Assembly (NCBI GenBank): GCA_943788915.1
Contig: CALSSD010000008.1
Location: forward strand, 1-64,000
From: an uncultured Acidimicrobiales bacterium
GTDB lineage: Bacteria > Actinomycetota > Acidimicrobiia > Acidimicrobiales > UBA10347
Reading direction: 5' to 3'
DNA: 64,000 nt
Below are positions 11,120-21,846 of this stretch, one piece after another (the stretch's first letter is position 1; each line of letters opens with the position of its first letter). The position numbers and the translations under genes are program-made. Below the pieces are notes generated by a model. It was not told the origin of the DNA and did not search any database. It saw only the letters and a program-made list of their open reading frames with translations.

Positions 11120-13961
11120 GTGTCGTGGTTGGAACATCCGTTGGAACTCGGTCGCGGCATTGTCGTGAACGATGACGACGACGTCCCCGAACAATTCCGG
11201 GACTATCCGACACTCGCTCTGACCCAAACACTGGTCGACGATGCCGACGCGCTCGAGCAGTGGATCACCGAGCTGCATGCAGCGTGGGCCGAACGGCGAC
11301 CAGTGGTCGTGACATGGTCACTCGACCATCAGAAGTTCTTCCCTGCGGCCCAGACCAACAACGCCAAGGTGTTCAGCATCGAGCCGGACTTTCTGTTCCC
11401 CGGTGAACGACTGAACATGTTGTTATTCGCAAACAACTACGACTTGCGTGGCTGTGACTTGCGTGGCGGCGAACCGAAGTGGTGGCTGACCAAACGAGCG
11501 CTGGATTTGCCTGGCTGCGAAGCAGGTGGACCTGCCGATGTCATCCTTGGCGACGGCACACCAGCCTGGATCGACGGCGGGCCGAGCGGGGCGATTGCGC
11601 CGGTCGATCACGCCGTCATCTCCGGCGAGGAACTCGAATTCGGGCGGCTCACCCGTATCGATCAGCCGGTGCTCTCACCAGACGACGCGCTTGCAGACGA
11701 TCAACGGGCTGCAACGCTGCATATGGCTGGAGCGGCACGAGTCATCGCACCTGCCGGCTCGGGCAAGACCCGCACGATGTCGGCACGGTTGCGGCATCTT
11801 CTCGACGATCGGGGCGTGGCCGCCGAATCCGTGATTGCCGTCGCCTACAACAAGCGCGCTGCCGATGAGCTCCGGGAACGAGCCGGAGCGCCGAAACAAA
11901 CGGTGCGGACCGTGCACTCGCTCGGGTGGGCGATCCTGCGTGATGCATACCCGAACCTGTCGCTGTTGGGCGAGGCCGATCAGCGTCGGTTGTTGGACGA
12001 ACTTGTGCACGTGCAGCATCGGGCCAACACCGATCCAATAGCGCCGTATCTCGAAGCGCTCGACCAGGTGCGGCTTGGCCTGCAGAGTCCGAGTTGGGTC
12101 GAGGGCGAGGGTGATGACCTTGAAGATTTCGCCGAAGCGTTCGGCCCCTACCGAGAACGGCTGTACGCGGCGGGCAGCGTCGATCATGCTGAGCAGATCT
12201 ATGGCGCAATCGAGGTGCTGCTGCGCAACGCGGCACTGCGGCGCACGTGGCAACGCCGGTGTCGCCATCTGCTGATCGACGAGTTCCAGGATCTCACGCC
12301 GGCGTATGTGTTGTTGCTTCGTCTTCTGGCGTCGCCTCGGCTGCAGGTATATGGCGTGGGCGACGACGATCAGGTGATCTACGGCTACAGCGGCGCCGAT
12401 CCTCGGTTCCTGACCGAGTTCGACCAGTGGTTCCCCGGCGCGACCCACTATGCGCTGGAGACCAACTATCGGTGCCCGGCACCCTGTCGTGGCAGCAGCA
12501 ACAAATCTGTTGTCGTGGAATCGGGTCCGAGTCGACAAGTCGATCAAACCGGGCCCCCAGGCTCGCCAAGACCCGGAAGCCTTCCGGGTCATGCCCGGCA
12601 TTAGCGGTGAGATGGCGCTCGATGCCGCCGACCGGATCGAAGAATGGATCGCGGCGGGGACCGACCCCAAAGACATTGCCGTGTTGTCTCGAGTCAACGC
12701 CAGCCTGATCCCGGTCAAGGCAGTGCTCGTCGAGCGGGACATTCCCACCCACGACCAGCTCGGCATGAAGTCGGTGCAACGGTCGATGGTCCGGGCGTTG
12801 TTTGCCTGGCTCCGTATGGCGCAAGATCCGAGCGAGATGCGTGCGACCGATGTGCGGGAAGCAATCCGTCGGCCTGGACGAGGTCTGAACGGCGTAGCCA
12901 ACAACACTCGTTTGCCGTCGCAGTTCTCGCTCGATGAGTTGCGGGATGCGTCGATGCAGATGAAGGCTCGCCACGAAGCGAAATGGCTCGAGTTTTGCGA
13001 CGACATCGACAAGGTGGTGCGAGCATCTCGTTCTGGTGACACTCGCAAGGCGGTCGGTGCGGTGCTGGATACGGCCGGGCTGATTTCGTCGGCGCAGGCG
13101 TTTGACCGCAGTGGCGCGTCGACATCGAAACCGAGCCATGAAGATGACCTGGCGGCCATCCAACGTGCCGCTGCACTACACCCTGATCTGGCCACATTCG
13201 AAGCATGGCTCAGCCAGGCGATGGAGCGACCATCGAGCACCGACGGGGTGACGATCTCGTCGATCCATCGGGTCAAGGGAATGGAATGGCCCAAGGTCAT
13301 CGTGTTCGGTGCCGACGCGGGAGCGATCCCCCACCGACTCAGCGATGACCGTGAAGAAGAACGACGCATCTTCCATGTGGCGATCACCCGGTGCAGCGAC
13401 GAGGTCGTGGTGCTTGCTGACCAGGATCGGCCGAGCCCGTTCCTGAACCAACTCACCACGGTTGCACCTCCGCCTGGCGCCGCCCCGAAACGCCCCGACC
13501 GCAGTCAAGTTCGCAGCCGGTTCAAGCAGTCTGACAACCAGCCGAGCGACGCCGTTGTTGGCGATCTCGTTTCTGTTGGTGGCGGCTACCAAGGTCAGAT
13601 CGTGAGCCGCACCGACGACGAAGTCCTGATCGCCACCGAGTCGGGTCCGAAGATGTACTTCAAAACCCATGAGATCGTGAGGATCTTGGAAGCCGCAGCC
13701 GGATCAGGCAACACCGGCGAAACCGAGCTCGGCCCCGAAGACGAGGCATTGTTCGAAGCGCTGCGGGCATGGCGTATGGATCGAGCAACCGACGCTGGTG
13801 TCCCCGCGTATGTCGTTGCTGGCGACGCAACCCTGCGGCTCATCGCCGCCGCCCGACCAACTACCGATACCGAGTTGCTGGCGATCAAGGGCATCGGTGC
13901 CGCCAAACTCGAGAACTACGGCGACGACATCATCGATGTCGTCAGCCAATTCGAGAACTAG
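11120..13961 (+). CDS. UvrD/PcrA-family SF1 helicase with C-terminal HRDC domain (UvrD2-like; apparent frameshift near 12480)
   Basis: APAGSGKT, DEFQD, GDDDQ, NYR. Second frame gives SIHRVKGMEW, EERRIFHVAITR and HRDC LFEALRAWR..VPAYVV. Leaderless TAGGTT-N6-GTG. Confidence 0.88.
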
Positions 13962-14086
13962 ACGCAGCTCCAGCCGAGGCTGTCATCACTCCGCCGCGCA
14001 GAGGGTCGAGAGCTGACGTCGTCGAGTTTCGGACCTCGGCGGGTACCGGTGATACTTTCCCCGAAGCAACCGAGTGAGGAACGACC

Positions 14087-14941
14087 ATGACCAAGACGAA
14101 TGGCGTAGTGCTGATCCACGGCGCATGGCACGACCACCACACATGGGACAACGTCGTTCCGCTGCTCGAAGCTGCGGGCGTGACGGTCAAGGCCATTGAC
14201 CTGCCAGGCGCCGGTGTGAACGCAGCGATTCCGTCTAGTTACAACACGCGCCCGCTCGATACCGCGGCGTTCGGAAGTGAGCCGTCGCCGAATGCGGGTG
14301 TCACCCAGGAAGAACGCACGGCAGCAGCGATCGACGCAGTGCGCGAAGTGAATAGTGCAACCGGCGGCAAGGCAGTTGTACTTGGCCATTCACTCGGCGG
14401 CCTGACGGTGTCGCCGGTTGCCGAGGCAATCCCCGACGAGGTTTCCGCCGCTGCCTACCTGACAGCGTTCATGCTTGCCCCCGGGATGGTTTCGGGACAG
14501 ATCATGGGCCATCAACTCATGGCCGAGGCAATGGTGCCAAGCCTGTTCCTGGCCGACCCTGCCCAGGTGGGAGTTATGCGGCTCGACCCGAAGTCTGAAG
14601 ATCCCGACTATGTGGCCCGCACCAAGGAGGCGTTCTACGCCGACCTGACCGACGACCAGTTCGCCACCGCTCTCAGCCATCTCCACCCCGACGAACCAGC
14701 GAAGGTGACCGGTGTTCCCTCGACCGTGACCCACGCCAACTATGGAACGGTCGCTCGCCACTTCATCGAATGCATCGCCGACAATGCCATCGTCATCGGT
14801 GGCCAGCGGGAGATGATTCGCCTGATGGACGAAGCGATGGGTGACACCACGACCGTCCACACGATGGATGCCAGCCACTCACCCTTCCATTCGCAGCCTC
14901 AGGCGTTGGCCGACATCATCACCTCGATCGCTGGTAGCTGA
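14087..14941 (+). CDS. Alpha/beta hydrolase (methylesterase-like)
   Basis: LIHGAWH, GHSLGG, ASHSPF; SD GAGGA upstream. Confidence 0.9.
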   Translation: MTKTNGVVLIHGAWHDHHTWDNVVPLLEAAGVTVKAIDLPGAGVNAAIPSSYNTRPLDTAAFGSEPSPNAGVTQEERTAAAIDAVREVNSATGGKAVVLGHSLGGLTVSPVAEAIPDEVSAAAYLTAFMLAPGMVSGQIMGHQLMAEAMVPSLFLADPAQVGVMRLDPKSEDPDYVARTKEAFYADLTDDQFATALSHLHPDEPAKVTGVPSTVTHANYGTVARHFIECIADNAIVIGGQREMIRLMDEAMGDTTTVHTMDASHSPFHSQPQALADIITSIAGS

Positions 14942-15088
14942 GCCAGCAGACGACATATGGGTGATTTCCATGCCAGGCTCGCCTTTTGGGAGTGTTGAAA
15001 CAAATTTGAGAAATTCTGCGACTTTCTTGCTTTCCCAGGCGTCTATCTACGAACCGGTTGGACGGAGCGGTCCACTGTGCTCTAGCTC

Positions 15089-15949
15089 TCAGGTCGGTAT
15101 CGCGACGTTGGCGGTACCGAGCGGGAGGCCAGCAACGTCGACGCGGACTCGATGCACCGCGCCTGCCTGTTCGGTGCTGGAACCCTCGCTGCCGCTGACG
15201 ATGTACAGGTCATGCAGGTCATCCCCGCCGAAACACACGCTGGTGCACATCGGTTCGGGTATCTCTATGAAGTTGATCTCGGTGCCAGCATCGTCGTACA
15301 CGGCGACACCGTGGCCGCCGCCAGCCAACGCGACCCAGACAGCGCCGTCTTTGGACACCACCAGACCGTCGGGAGCGCCTCGAGAAGTCTCGGTGAAAAC
15401 TTGTTTGTCGCCCAGCGAGCCGTCGGGGTGGACTTCGTAGAACATGACCGCATTACGTAGCGAGTCGGAGTGGTACAGCCGGGTGCCATCTGGCGAGAAA
15501 CCAAGCCCGTTGGTCAACCGCACATCGGTAGCAACAACCCGAGACGCCCCATCGAGGTCCACGAGAAACAGTTGGCCAGCTTGGGGTTCACGTCCGTCGT
15601 CGAAGACCGGGCTGGATCCGAGGCTTCCGGCATAAATGCGACCGGTGCCGTCGACGGTGATGTCGTTGAAACCCACCCGGTCGGCGTCGACATCACGGTC
15701 GAGCAACACAATGCTGTCTCCCCCATCGGCCGGTTTGTAGGCAATGTTTCGTCCGCTGACCACCAGGCCACCGTCTTCGTGCGGCACCATGCCGCCAATA
15801 CCGCGGCGATGTTCGATCACGGTCGATACTTCACCACCAGGCGTCACGCAATACACACCCCCACCAAACACGTCGCTAAACAACAACCCTCGCTGGGGAT
15901 CCCACACGGGAGCCTCGATAAGCCCATAACCACTAGTCACTGTCTCCAT
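15089..15949 (-). CDS. SMP-30/gluconolactonase family protein
   Basis: EAPVWD, FND, NGLGFSPDG, PDG, TSVCFGG. Confidence 0.9.
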   Translation of the reverse strand: METVTSGYGLIEAPVWDPQRGLLFSDVFGGGVYCVTPGGEVSTVIEHRRGIGGMVPHEDGGLVVSGRNIAYKPADGGDSIVLLDRDVDADRVGFNDITVDGTGRIYAGSLGSSPVFDDGREPQAGQLFLVDLDGASRVVATDVRLTNGLGFSPDGTRLYHSDSLRNAVMFYEVHPDGSLGDKQVFTETSRGAPDGLVVSKDGAVWVALAGGGHGVAVYDDAGTEINFIEIPEPMCTSVCFGGDDLHDLYIVSGSEGSSTEQAGAVHRVRVDVAGLPLGTANVAIPT

Positions 15950-16015
15950 GAAACAAACCTAGATGCCGCACAATGATCTCGCATCAACGATTCCGACCCA
16001 TGCAGAAGCAAGAAC

Positions 16016-16225
16016 TCACCCAGGGAACGGATACCACTGGGTTCCGAAGCCCAGCGCCTTCCTGCAGCTGGGGCAGAAGAAGACGAAACCCCTCCCCATC
16101 CCAAATGGCCCTTTCGGCTTGCGGCTGTAGATCTTGGGAAGCTCGGCCTCGCGGTGCGGGCAGATGGGCAGGACCTCGTTGGTCCTGACGAGCTCACACG
16201 TGTTTGCCATCGGTTCATCGGTCAC
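16016..16225 (-). CDS. Small zinc-ribbon-like protein
   Basis: AAGGAGG SD 5 nt before GTG; CPHR...CPSC pattern. Confidence 0.65.
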   Translation of the reverse strand: MTDEPMANTCELVRTNEVLPICPHREAELPKIYSRKPKGPFGMGRGFVFFCPSCRKALGFGTQWYPFPG

Positions 16226-16337
16226 TGTGGCCTCCTTGGGTCAGGAACTACGCGGTTCCTCGTCGGCTACACCGTGCTGCACGTCTCGCATTTTGACCAG
16301 TGGCGTAAGTCCCGAATCGCCAGCTACAGGGTTGGGC

Positions 16338-16820
16338 TTACTCCGGTTCGAGGTCGTGGAGGATCGCTTGACAGCCACCGGTCGTCTTGACGATGGCGAC
16401 CAGACTCGACAGCTGGGTTTCGAGGCGCCCACCTTGCTCGGCGGTGACGAAGAACTGTTCGAGTGATGGAAAAACAACGTCGCCCGATCCTCGGGACCGG
16501 CCGCGAATGCAGGTCTCGCCCGGTGCGAGTCCTGGTCTCGATTCCTCGACCCGGACCACGTTGGCTGGTCGGGCATCGTCGAAGACGACATAGACGACTT
16601 CGTTCCATTCCCACGAGCGATCACGACCCGTATCGTCAACCTCGAAGTCGAGGTCATACGTCAGGTCGACGTAGTTTCCTCGGAACAGAGACAACGGATC
16701 GACCGGTGCAACTTCGAGCACCACGTCGTCGCCGGTGGTTTGGATCCAGAGTGGTGGCAGCAATGCAGCCACCATCGCCGCTATCGCAACAGCAACGGCA
16801 ATCGCGTGTCGGCGGCTCAT
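16338..16820 (-). CDS. GDYXXLXY domain membrane-anchored protein
   Basis: PVDPLSLFRGNYVDLTY motif; N-terminal TM segment; ATGA-coupled to the upstream membrane gene. Confidence 0.85.
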   Translation of the reverse strand: MSRRHAIAVAVAIAAMVAALLPPLWIQTTGDDVVLEVAPVDPLSLFRGNYVDLTYDLDFEVDDTGRDRSWEWNEVVYVVFDDARPANVVRVEESRPGLAPGETCIRGRSRGSGDVVFPSLEQFFVTAEQGGRLETQLSSLVAIVKTTGGCQAILHDLEPE

Positions 16821-18030
16821 TGCACACCTCCCGGGGCCATCGTGGAGATCGCTCCGCGCCGTCGACGCTCGAGAAAGATCGCCCCGCTAATCAGGGCCAG
16901 ACCGCCGCCGATCACTGCAAGCGATGTTGGTAGTTCGCCGGCAATTCGCCCGACGTAGAGCGCAAACAGAATCACACTCACCATGGCGTAGCCGATATTG
17001 ACCAGGACGGGTTTTGCGTAGTACTGACCGGCCATGATGGTTGCCACCGCTAAACCGAAGATGACTGCGGTGTACAGGCCAAAGAGCAGCTCGGAGTTGT
17101 CGAAACTCTCAGCCAGCCATGGCAACGAGTCGCCGTCGAGCAAGCCGTCGTCGTCACTGACCTGGGGCAGCAAGGCCATCAGCAGTCCCGTGACCGCGGC
17201 ACCTGCGAGACCGAACGGTGAACTTCGATCTTGCAGCCACGCGACCACAATCAGAGCGACCGCACCCAACCCAACGACAACGTGGAATGGGCGCACGTCG
17301 ACCTGGAAGATCCACGCAAACGCCATGTGGGTGGAACGTGGACACCACGATCGGAACCGCCACCAGCACGGCGCCGAATGCCGCTGCTGGCTGTTTGAGC
17401 CAATCGAACAGTGTGGCATCAACCACCATTGCCGTGGCCACCAATCCGAGCCCCACAAGCGGCACCAGTGGGCGCAGGCCTCCTTGCGCGAACAGAAACT
17501 CTCCTTGTTCGAAGAACTGAGAGGTTGGCGTGGATATCCACCCCAACGTCAACAATCCGAGCGGAACCGCGAGCCAACCTTGGGCAGACGAAGGTGACGC
17601 CCACCCCATGGCCATGGTGGCGATCAGCCACAAGCAAGGTGCCCTGCCAGTAGTTGAGCGGCAGGTTGTAGATCTGTCCGACGAGGAAGATGTTGACCCC
17701 GACCGCTATCGACGACAGGAACCACAACCCTTTGGCCGTGACGCCAAGCTGCTGGCGATCAGCGAGAGCAGCGGCACCAACGACCAACAGATAGATGGTG
17801 AACAACAATGCGAGCCGACGCAGTGGGGAACTCTGATCCCATTGGCTGGCGATGAAAAGCAGCAGGCCAGCGCCGGTGAGCACGGCGCCGATCGACACCA
17901 GAACCCAGATGATCTTGTTGGTCCGCTGCGGCTCATCGTGGGCAGCGAGCGACGTGCGAAGGCGTTCAGCCAGATCTGAGTCGATCTGTCCTTCGGCGAC
18001 CCACACGGCCAGCGCTTCGGTTGCGTCCAT
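16817..18030 (-). CDS. DUF2157-like integral membrane protein (apparent frameshifts near 17640 and 17330)
   Basis: WVAEGQID, GAGLLLFIASQW, IFLVGQIYNL. Three overlapping hydrophobic ORF pieces. DUF2157 typically pairs with GDYXXLXY. Confidence 0.8.
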
Positions 18031-18080
18031 GGATTACCAAACTACGGGACTGAACCGGTCCATGTCGTGCGGGGTTGCCG

Positions 18081-18866
18081 TCACTTCCAGCTGGGGCGAT
18101 CAGGGTCACGAGCGCCAAGGGTGCGGGCGTACAGGGCGAAGAGTCGTTCCCAGTGCCGTTCCGCAGCTGGTTGGTCGTAACACCATCGACCGGGGAAGGC
18201 GAAACCGTGGTGCACGTCGGGATAGATCTCGACCTCGCCATGTGCCCCTGACGCTTCGAAGCGTTCCTGGAGCTCACCGACCATCGGCAGCGGCGCCAGG
18301 TCGTCGTGTTCGGCACACGCGATGTAGATCTCACCTGCACCGTTGGCAAAGCTCAGGTGCGGACTCTCTTCGGCATCGCTGACAAGCCACGTGCCGTAGA
18401 ACGATGCTGCCGCTTTGACTCGCTCCGGATACCGAGCCGCGGCTGCAAGGGCATACGGCCCGCTCATGCAGTAACCGTGCGCACCAACGGCACCACCATC
18501 GGTCTCGGGTTGTTCGTCGGCAAAACTGATCAGGTCGGCCACGTCTTCCATGACCGGCGGGATCGTCATCTTGGTGCGGATCGCACGCATCGCACGATGA
18601 TCGTCGCTGCCTTCGGTGAGCACGTCGGGTCCGTACTTGGTGTCGTTCCCAGCGCGGTAGTACAGGTTGGGCAACATCACGTAGTAACCAACCGAGGCCA
18701 GCCGTCGAGTCATGTCGTACAGCTCGACGCGGATGCCGGGCGCGTCCATCAGCAGCAACACCACCGGATGTGGCCCGTTGCGTTCCGGATGGCAGATGAA
18801 GGTTTCACAGGCGCCGCTGCGAGTCGGCACCTCGACAATGGTTTCAAACATGGGGGTTTCAAACAT
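18081..18866 (-). CDS. Dienelactone hydrolase family protein
   Basis: MDAPGIR, GYCMSG nucleophile motif, HHGFAFP. Confidence 0.9.
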   Translation of the reverse strand: MFETPMFETIVEVPTRSGACETFICHPERNGPHPVVLLLMDAPGIRVELYDMTRRLASVGYYVMLPNLYYRAGNDTKYGPDVLTEGSDDHRAMRAIRTKMTIPPVMEDVADLISFADEQPETDGGAVGAHGYCMSGPYALAAAARYPERVKAAASFYGTWLVSDAEESPHLSFANGAGEIYIACAEHDDLAPLPMVGELQERFEASGAHGEVEIYPDVHHGFAFPGRWCYDQPAAERHWERLFALYARTLGARDPDRPSWK

Positions 18867-18887
18867 GGGGTGCAGACCTCTCTCTGT

Positions 18888-20309
18888 TCACTGACCAGAT
18901 TTGGGCGCCGACATTGCGGGCACGTGAGTCGCAGTCGGATACGCGAATGCGAACACGAGAGCCTGCCCAACAAAGAAGGCGAGCGCGATTGCCCAGTTGA
19001 TGCGGTAGGCCGTGAGCGCGTCGCCGATAGTGCTTGGATCGCCGACGACAGCAGCGCCGATGGCAATACCGAGAGCGATTGCGAGCTGGAACACGGTGGT
19101 GCGGCCGGCGCCACCCATGCCGAATCGTTGCGGGGGTACGTCGCGCATTGTTGCGGCAACCAAGATTGCGAAGCTGCACCCAGCAGCGACCCCGACAAAG
19201 AGCCCAGGGATGAGGATGCCGAGCACGAAGTCCGGCTCGCTACCCGTGAATATCAGGTGCACGACCATGCCAATAGCGCCAGCTATGCCACCGATCACGA
19301 GCACCAGGCCGTTTCCGCGTTTATCAGCGACGCGTCCCATGATTGGTGACAGCACCACGGCAAGTCCAGGACCGGGAAACAGCGCAAGACCGACTTTGAC
19401 GACCGACCACTGCCACCAATCGAGCATGAAGGCTGGCAGCACGACGAACCATCCGAAGAAGGCGGCGCAGAAGAAGGTGGTGCCGACCAGCGAGACAGAG
19501 AACGACCGGATCTTCAGCAGATCGAGGTCGAACAGCGGGGCTGGGTGTTGCCGGGAGCGGCGCACAAACCCCCACAACAAGACAGCAGCCCCGAGCACAC
19601 ACATGCCCGTCGGCACGCTGAAAAAGCCCCACGTCTCTGTCTGCGCGATCGCCAATACCAACAGGCCCACGCCGATCGAGGCCATCGGCACACTCACCGG
19701 GTCGACCCGGTCAGGAAGATCATCGGCGCGCGACTCCACGAGGATGAATGCACCAAGCACGATCGCCACGATCCCCACCGGGATGTTGACAAGGAATACC
19801 GACCGCCACCCGAAGGCGTTGATGAGCGCTGCGCCGATAGACGGCCCAAGCGCTGCGGCCAACGCTCCGCTGGCACCCCAAATGCCGACGGCCATACCTC
19901 GTCGTTCTGGTGGAAACGCTGGCAGCAGCAACGCGAGCGCGGCAGGAAACTGCATGGCACCGCCAACCGATTGCAGCACTCGGGAGGCAATGAGTGTCGA
20001 AGCATCAACGCTGAGGCCTGAGCTGAGTGAGCCGAGCAAGAAGACAAACAACCCGATGAGGAAGAGTCGTTTACGACCGTAACGATCAGCGGCCCACCCC
20101 GCCAGCAGCAATAACGCAGCGATGCCGATGTTGTAGGCGGTGAAGATCCACGAAAGGGTCGCTCGCGACGTTCCCTCGAAGGATTCTTGGATGTCGGTGA
20201 ACGCAAGCGAGATGACCGTGATCTCAAGGCTGACCATGAATCCAGCGGTGGCGGTGATGGCCAGCGTCCACCATGAATGGTTACTGATCTTCGACGGCGG
20301 TGCAGACAC
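18888..20309 (-). CDS. MFS drug:H+ antiporter-2 (EmrB/QacA-like)
   Basis: About 14 TM segments, GWAADRYGRKR, SRVLQSVGG, GWRSVFLVNIPVG; leaderless TACAGT-N6-GTG. Confidence 0.9.
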   Translation of the reverse strand: MSAPPSKISNHSWWTLAITATAGFMVSLEITVISLAFTDIQESFEGTSRATLSWIFTAYNIGIAALLLLAGWAADRYGRKRLFLIGLFVFLLGSLSSGLSVDASTLIASRVLQSVGGAMQFPAALALLLPAFPPERRGMAVGIWGASGALAAALGPSIGAALINAFGWRSVFLVNIPVGIVAIVLGAFILVESRADDLPDRVDPVSVPMASIGVGLLVLAIAQTETWGFFSVPTGMCVLGAAVLLWGFVRRSRQHPAPLFDLDLLKIRSFSVSLVGTTFFCAAFFGWFVVLPAFMLDWWQWSVVKVGLALFPGPGLAVVLSPIMGRVADKRGNGLVLVIGGIAGAIGMVVHLIFTGSEPDFVLGILIPGLFVGVAAGCSFAILVAATMRDVPPQRFGMGGAGRTTVFQLAIALGIAIGAAVVGDPSTIGDALTAYRINWAIALAFFVGQALVFAFAYPTATHVPAMSAPKSGQ

Positions 20310-20410
20310 CCCCGGACTGTAGGCGCAACGCCCAATCTCTTCTTGGTCTGCCCCCTACTTCTTCGGGTGGCGACCGTGTAGCCGAGTTGGGTCCGCCCCT
20401 CGGCTTTGGG

Positions 20411-20426
20411 AGGGACTTTTGCCCCT
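20411..20426. promoter_or_regulatory. DosR/DevR-like palindromic box
   Basis: AGGGAC-TTTT-GCCCCT fits the GGGAC-N4-GNCCC core. Confidence 0.45.
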
Positions 20427-20481
20427 GACACATCGGGTCGCAATCGGCAACGGTGGACAAAACCCACCGACGGGGAGAGTC

Positions 20482-20620
20482 ATGTACATCGAATGGGCAT
20501 TCGCACAGCTCGAACCAGGCGACACGCAGACGGAGCGTCGAGCGTCTGCGATCGGATGAGAACGGCGAGCGCCTTCTCACGTTGTGGCATCTGGCCCGAC
20601 GGGTGCGTGAGGTCGCCTGA
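20482..20620 (+). CDS. Unannotated small protein (25 aa as read; 45 aa if one inserted base is removed)
   Basis: GGGGAG SD, then ATG; corrected sequence MYIEWAFAQLEQATRRRSVERLRSDENGERLLTLWHLARRVREVA. Confidence 0.4.
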
Positions 20621-20653
20621 GCGCACCACACAGACGTGTGAGAGCCCCAGGAA

Positions 20654-21799
20654 TCAGAGTTCGAGACCGTCGAGGAGGCGAGAGATCATGATCTTCTGCA
20701 CCTCAGACGTGCCCTCATAGATCTGGTACACCCGCACATCGCGGTAAATCTTTTCGACCGGATAGTCGTTGAGGAAGCCGTAGCCGCCGTGGATCTGGAT
20801 CGCAGCTGATGCGACGCGTTCGGCCATTTCGGAAGCAAAAAGTTTGGCCATCGACGCTTCGCGGGCGCATTCGATGCCAGCGTCGCGTAACGCTGCTGCA
20901 TGCAAATACAGCTGTCGGCCCGCTTCGATTTCGGTTGCCATGTCGGCCAGCTTGAACGCAACGGCCTGGTGTTCGATTATTGGTTTGCCGAAGGTCTCTC
21001 GCTCCTTCGCATAGTCATGAGCAGCTTTGAGCGCGGCGCGAGCGCCTCCGACCGATTGCGCGGCAACGCCGATGCGGCCGAGTGACAGGTTGCCAAGCGC
21101 AATACCTAAGCCACGCCCGAGTTCACCCAGCACATCAGAAGCCGGCACTCGCATGTCCTCGAACGCAACCTGGCAGGTGTCGTTGGTGCGGTGGCCGAGC
21201 TTGTTTTCCTTGGCGATGACCTGATAGCCGGGGTTGTCTGTCGGGGTGATAAACGCAGAGATACCACGTTTGCCGAGTGACGGGTCGGTCACCGCAATGA
21301 TCATGGCAACATCAGAGGTGGACCCTGCGGTGATGAACGCCTTTTGACCGGTGATCACATATTCGTCGCCGTCTCTGACCGCCCGTGTCGTGATCGCTGC
21401 CGCATCCGATCCGGTATGTGGTTCGGTCAGGTGGATCGAACCAAGCCACTCCCCCGACGTCAGCTTGGTCAGGTAGTCACGCTTCTGCTGTTCGGTACCG
21501 AGCTGTTCGATCGCAGCAGCGACTGGCGAGTTGTTTGCGGCCATCATGTTGCAGACCCCGCCATCGGCAGCCGAGATCTCTTCGATAGCGAGCGCGTACG
21601 ACGTGAAGTCCGCTCCGGCGCCGCCCCACTCGGGCGCCACCATCACACCCATCAGACCGATCGCTGCCATTCTTCTATACAGATCACGCGGCGCTCCGCC
21701 GGTGCGGTCCCACTCGGCCGCAAACGGGGCAATCTCGTGCTCAGCGAATGAACGAGCTGTAGCCCGGATTGCGTGTTGTTCTTCGGAAAGTAAAGCCAC
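20654..21799 (-). CDS. Acyl-CoA dehydrogenase
   Basis: LTEPHTGSDA, GQKAFIT, RETFGKPI, QIHGGYG, IYEGTSEVQ. Confidence 0.93.
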   Translation of the reverse strand: MALLSEEQHAIRATARSFAEHEIAPFAAEWDRTGGAPRDLYRRMAAIGLMGVMVAPEWGGAGADFTSYALAIEEISAADGGVCNMMAANNSPVAAAIEQLGTEQQKRDYLTKLTSGEWLGSIHLTEPHTGSDAAAITTRAVRDGDEYVITGQKAFITAGSTSDVAMIIAVTDPSLGKRGISAFITPTDNPGYQVIAKENKLGHRTNDTCQVAFEDMRVPASDVLGELGRGLGIALGNLSLGRIGVAAQSVGGARAALKAAHDYAKERETFGKPIIEHQAVAFKLADMATEIEAGRQLYLHAAALRDAGIECAREASMAKLFASEMAERVASAAIQIHGGYGFLNDYPVEKIYRDVRVYQIYEGTSEVQKIMISRLLDGLEL

Positions 21800-21846
21800 G
21801 TCGTTTGTCTAGTCGCCCCAGTAGTCAAACCGAAGTCGGGGTTGGT

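Noticed and set aside
11675..13459. Long antisense ORFs (594 aa here; also 6091-7140, 19012-20082, 59081-60178) and the off-frame ORF 57829-59190
   Set aside because: Shadow ORFs typical of high-GC coding DNA; they have no motifs and overlap well-supported genes.
14942..15088. AT-richer intergenic patch between convergent genes
   Set aside because: No ORF, inverted repeat or recognisable element; too short to interpret.
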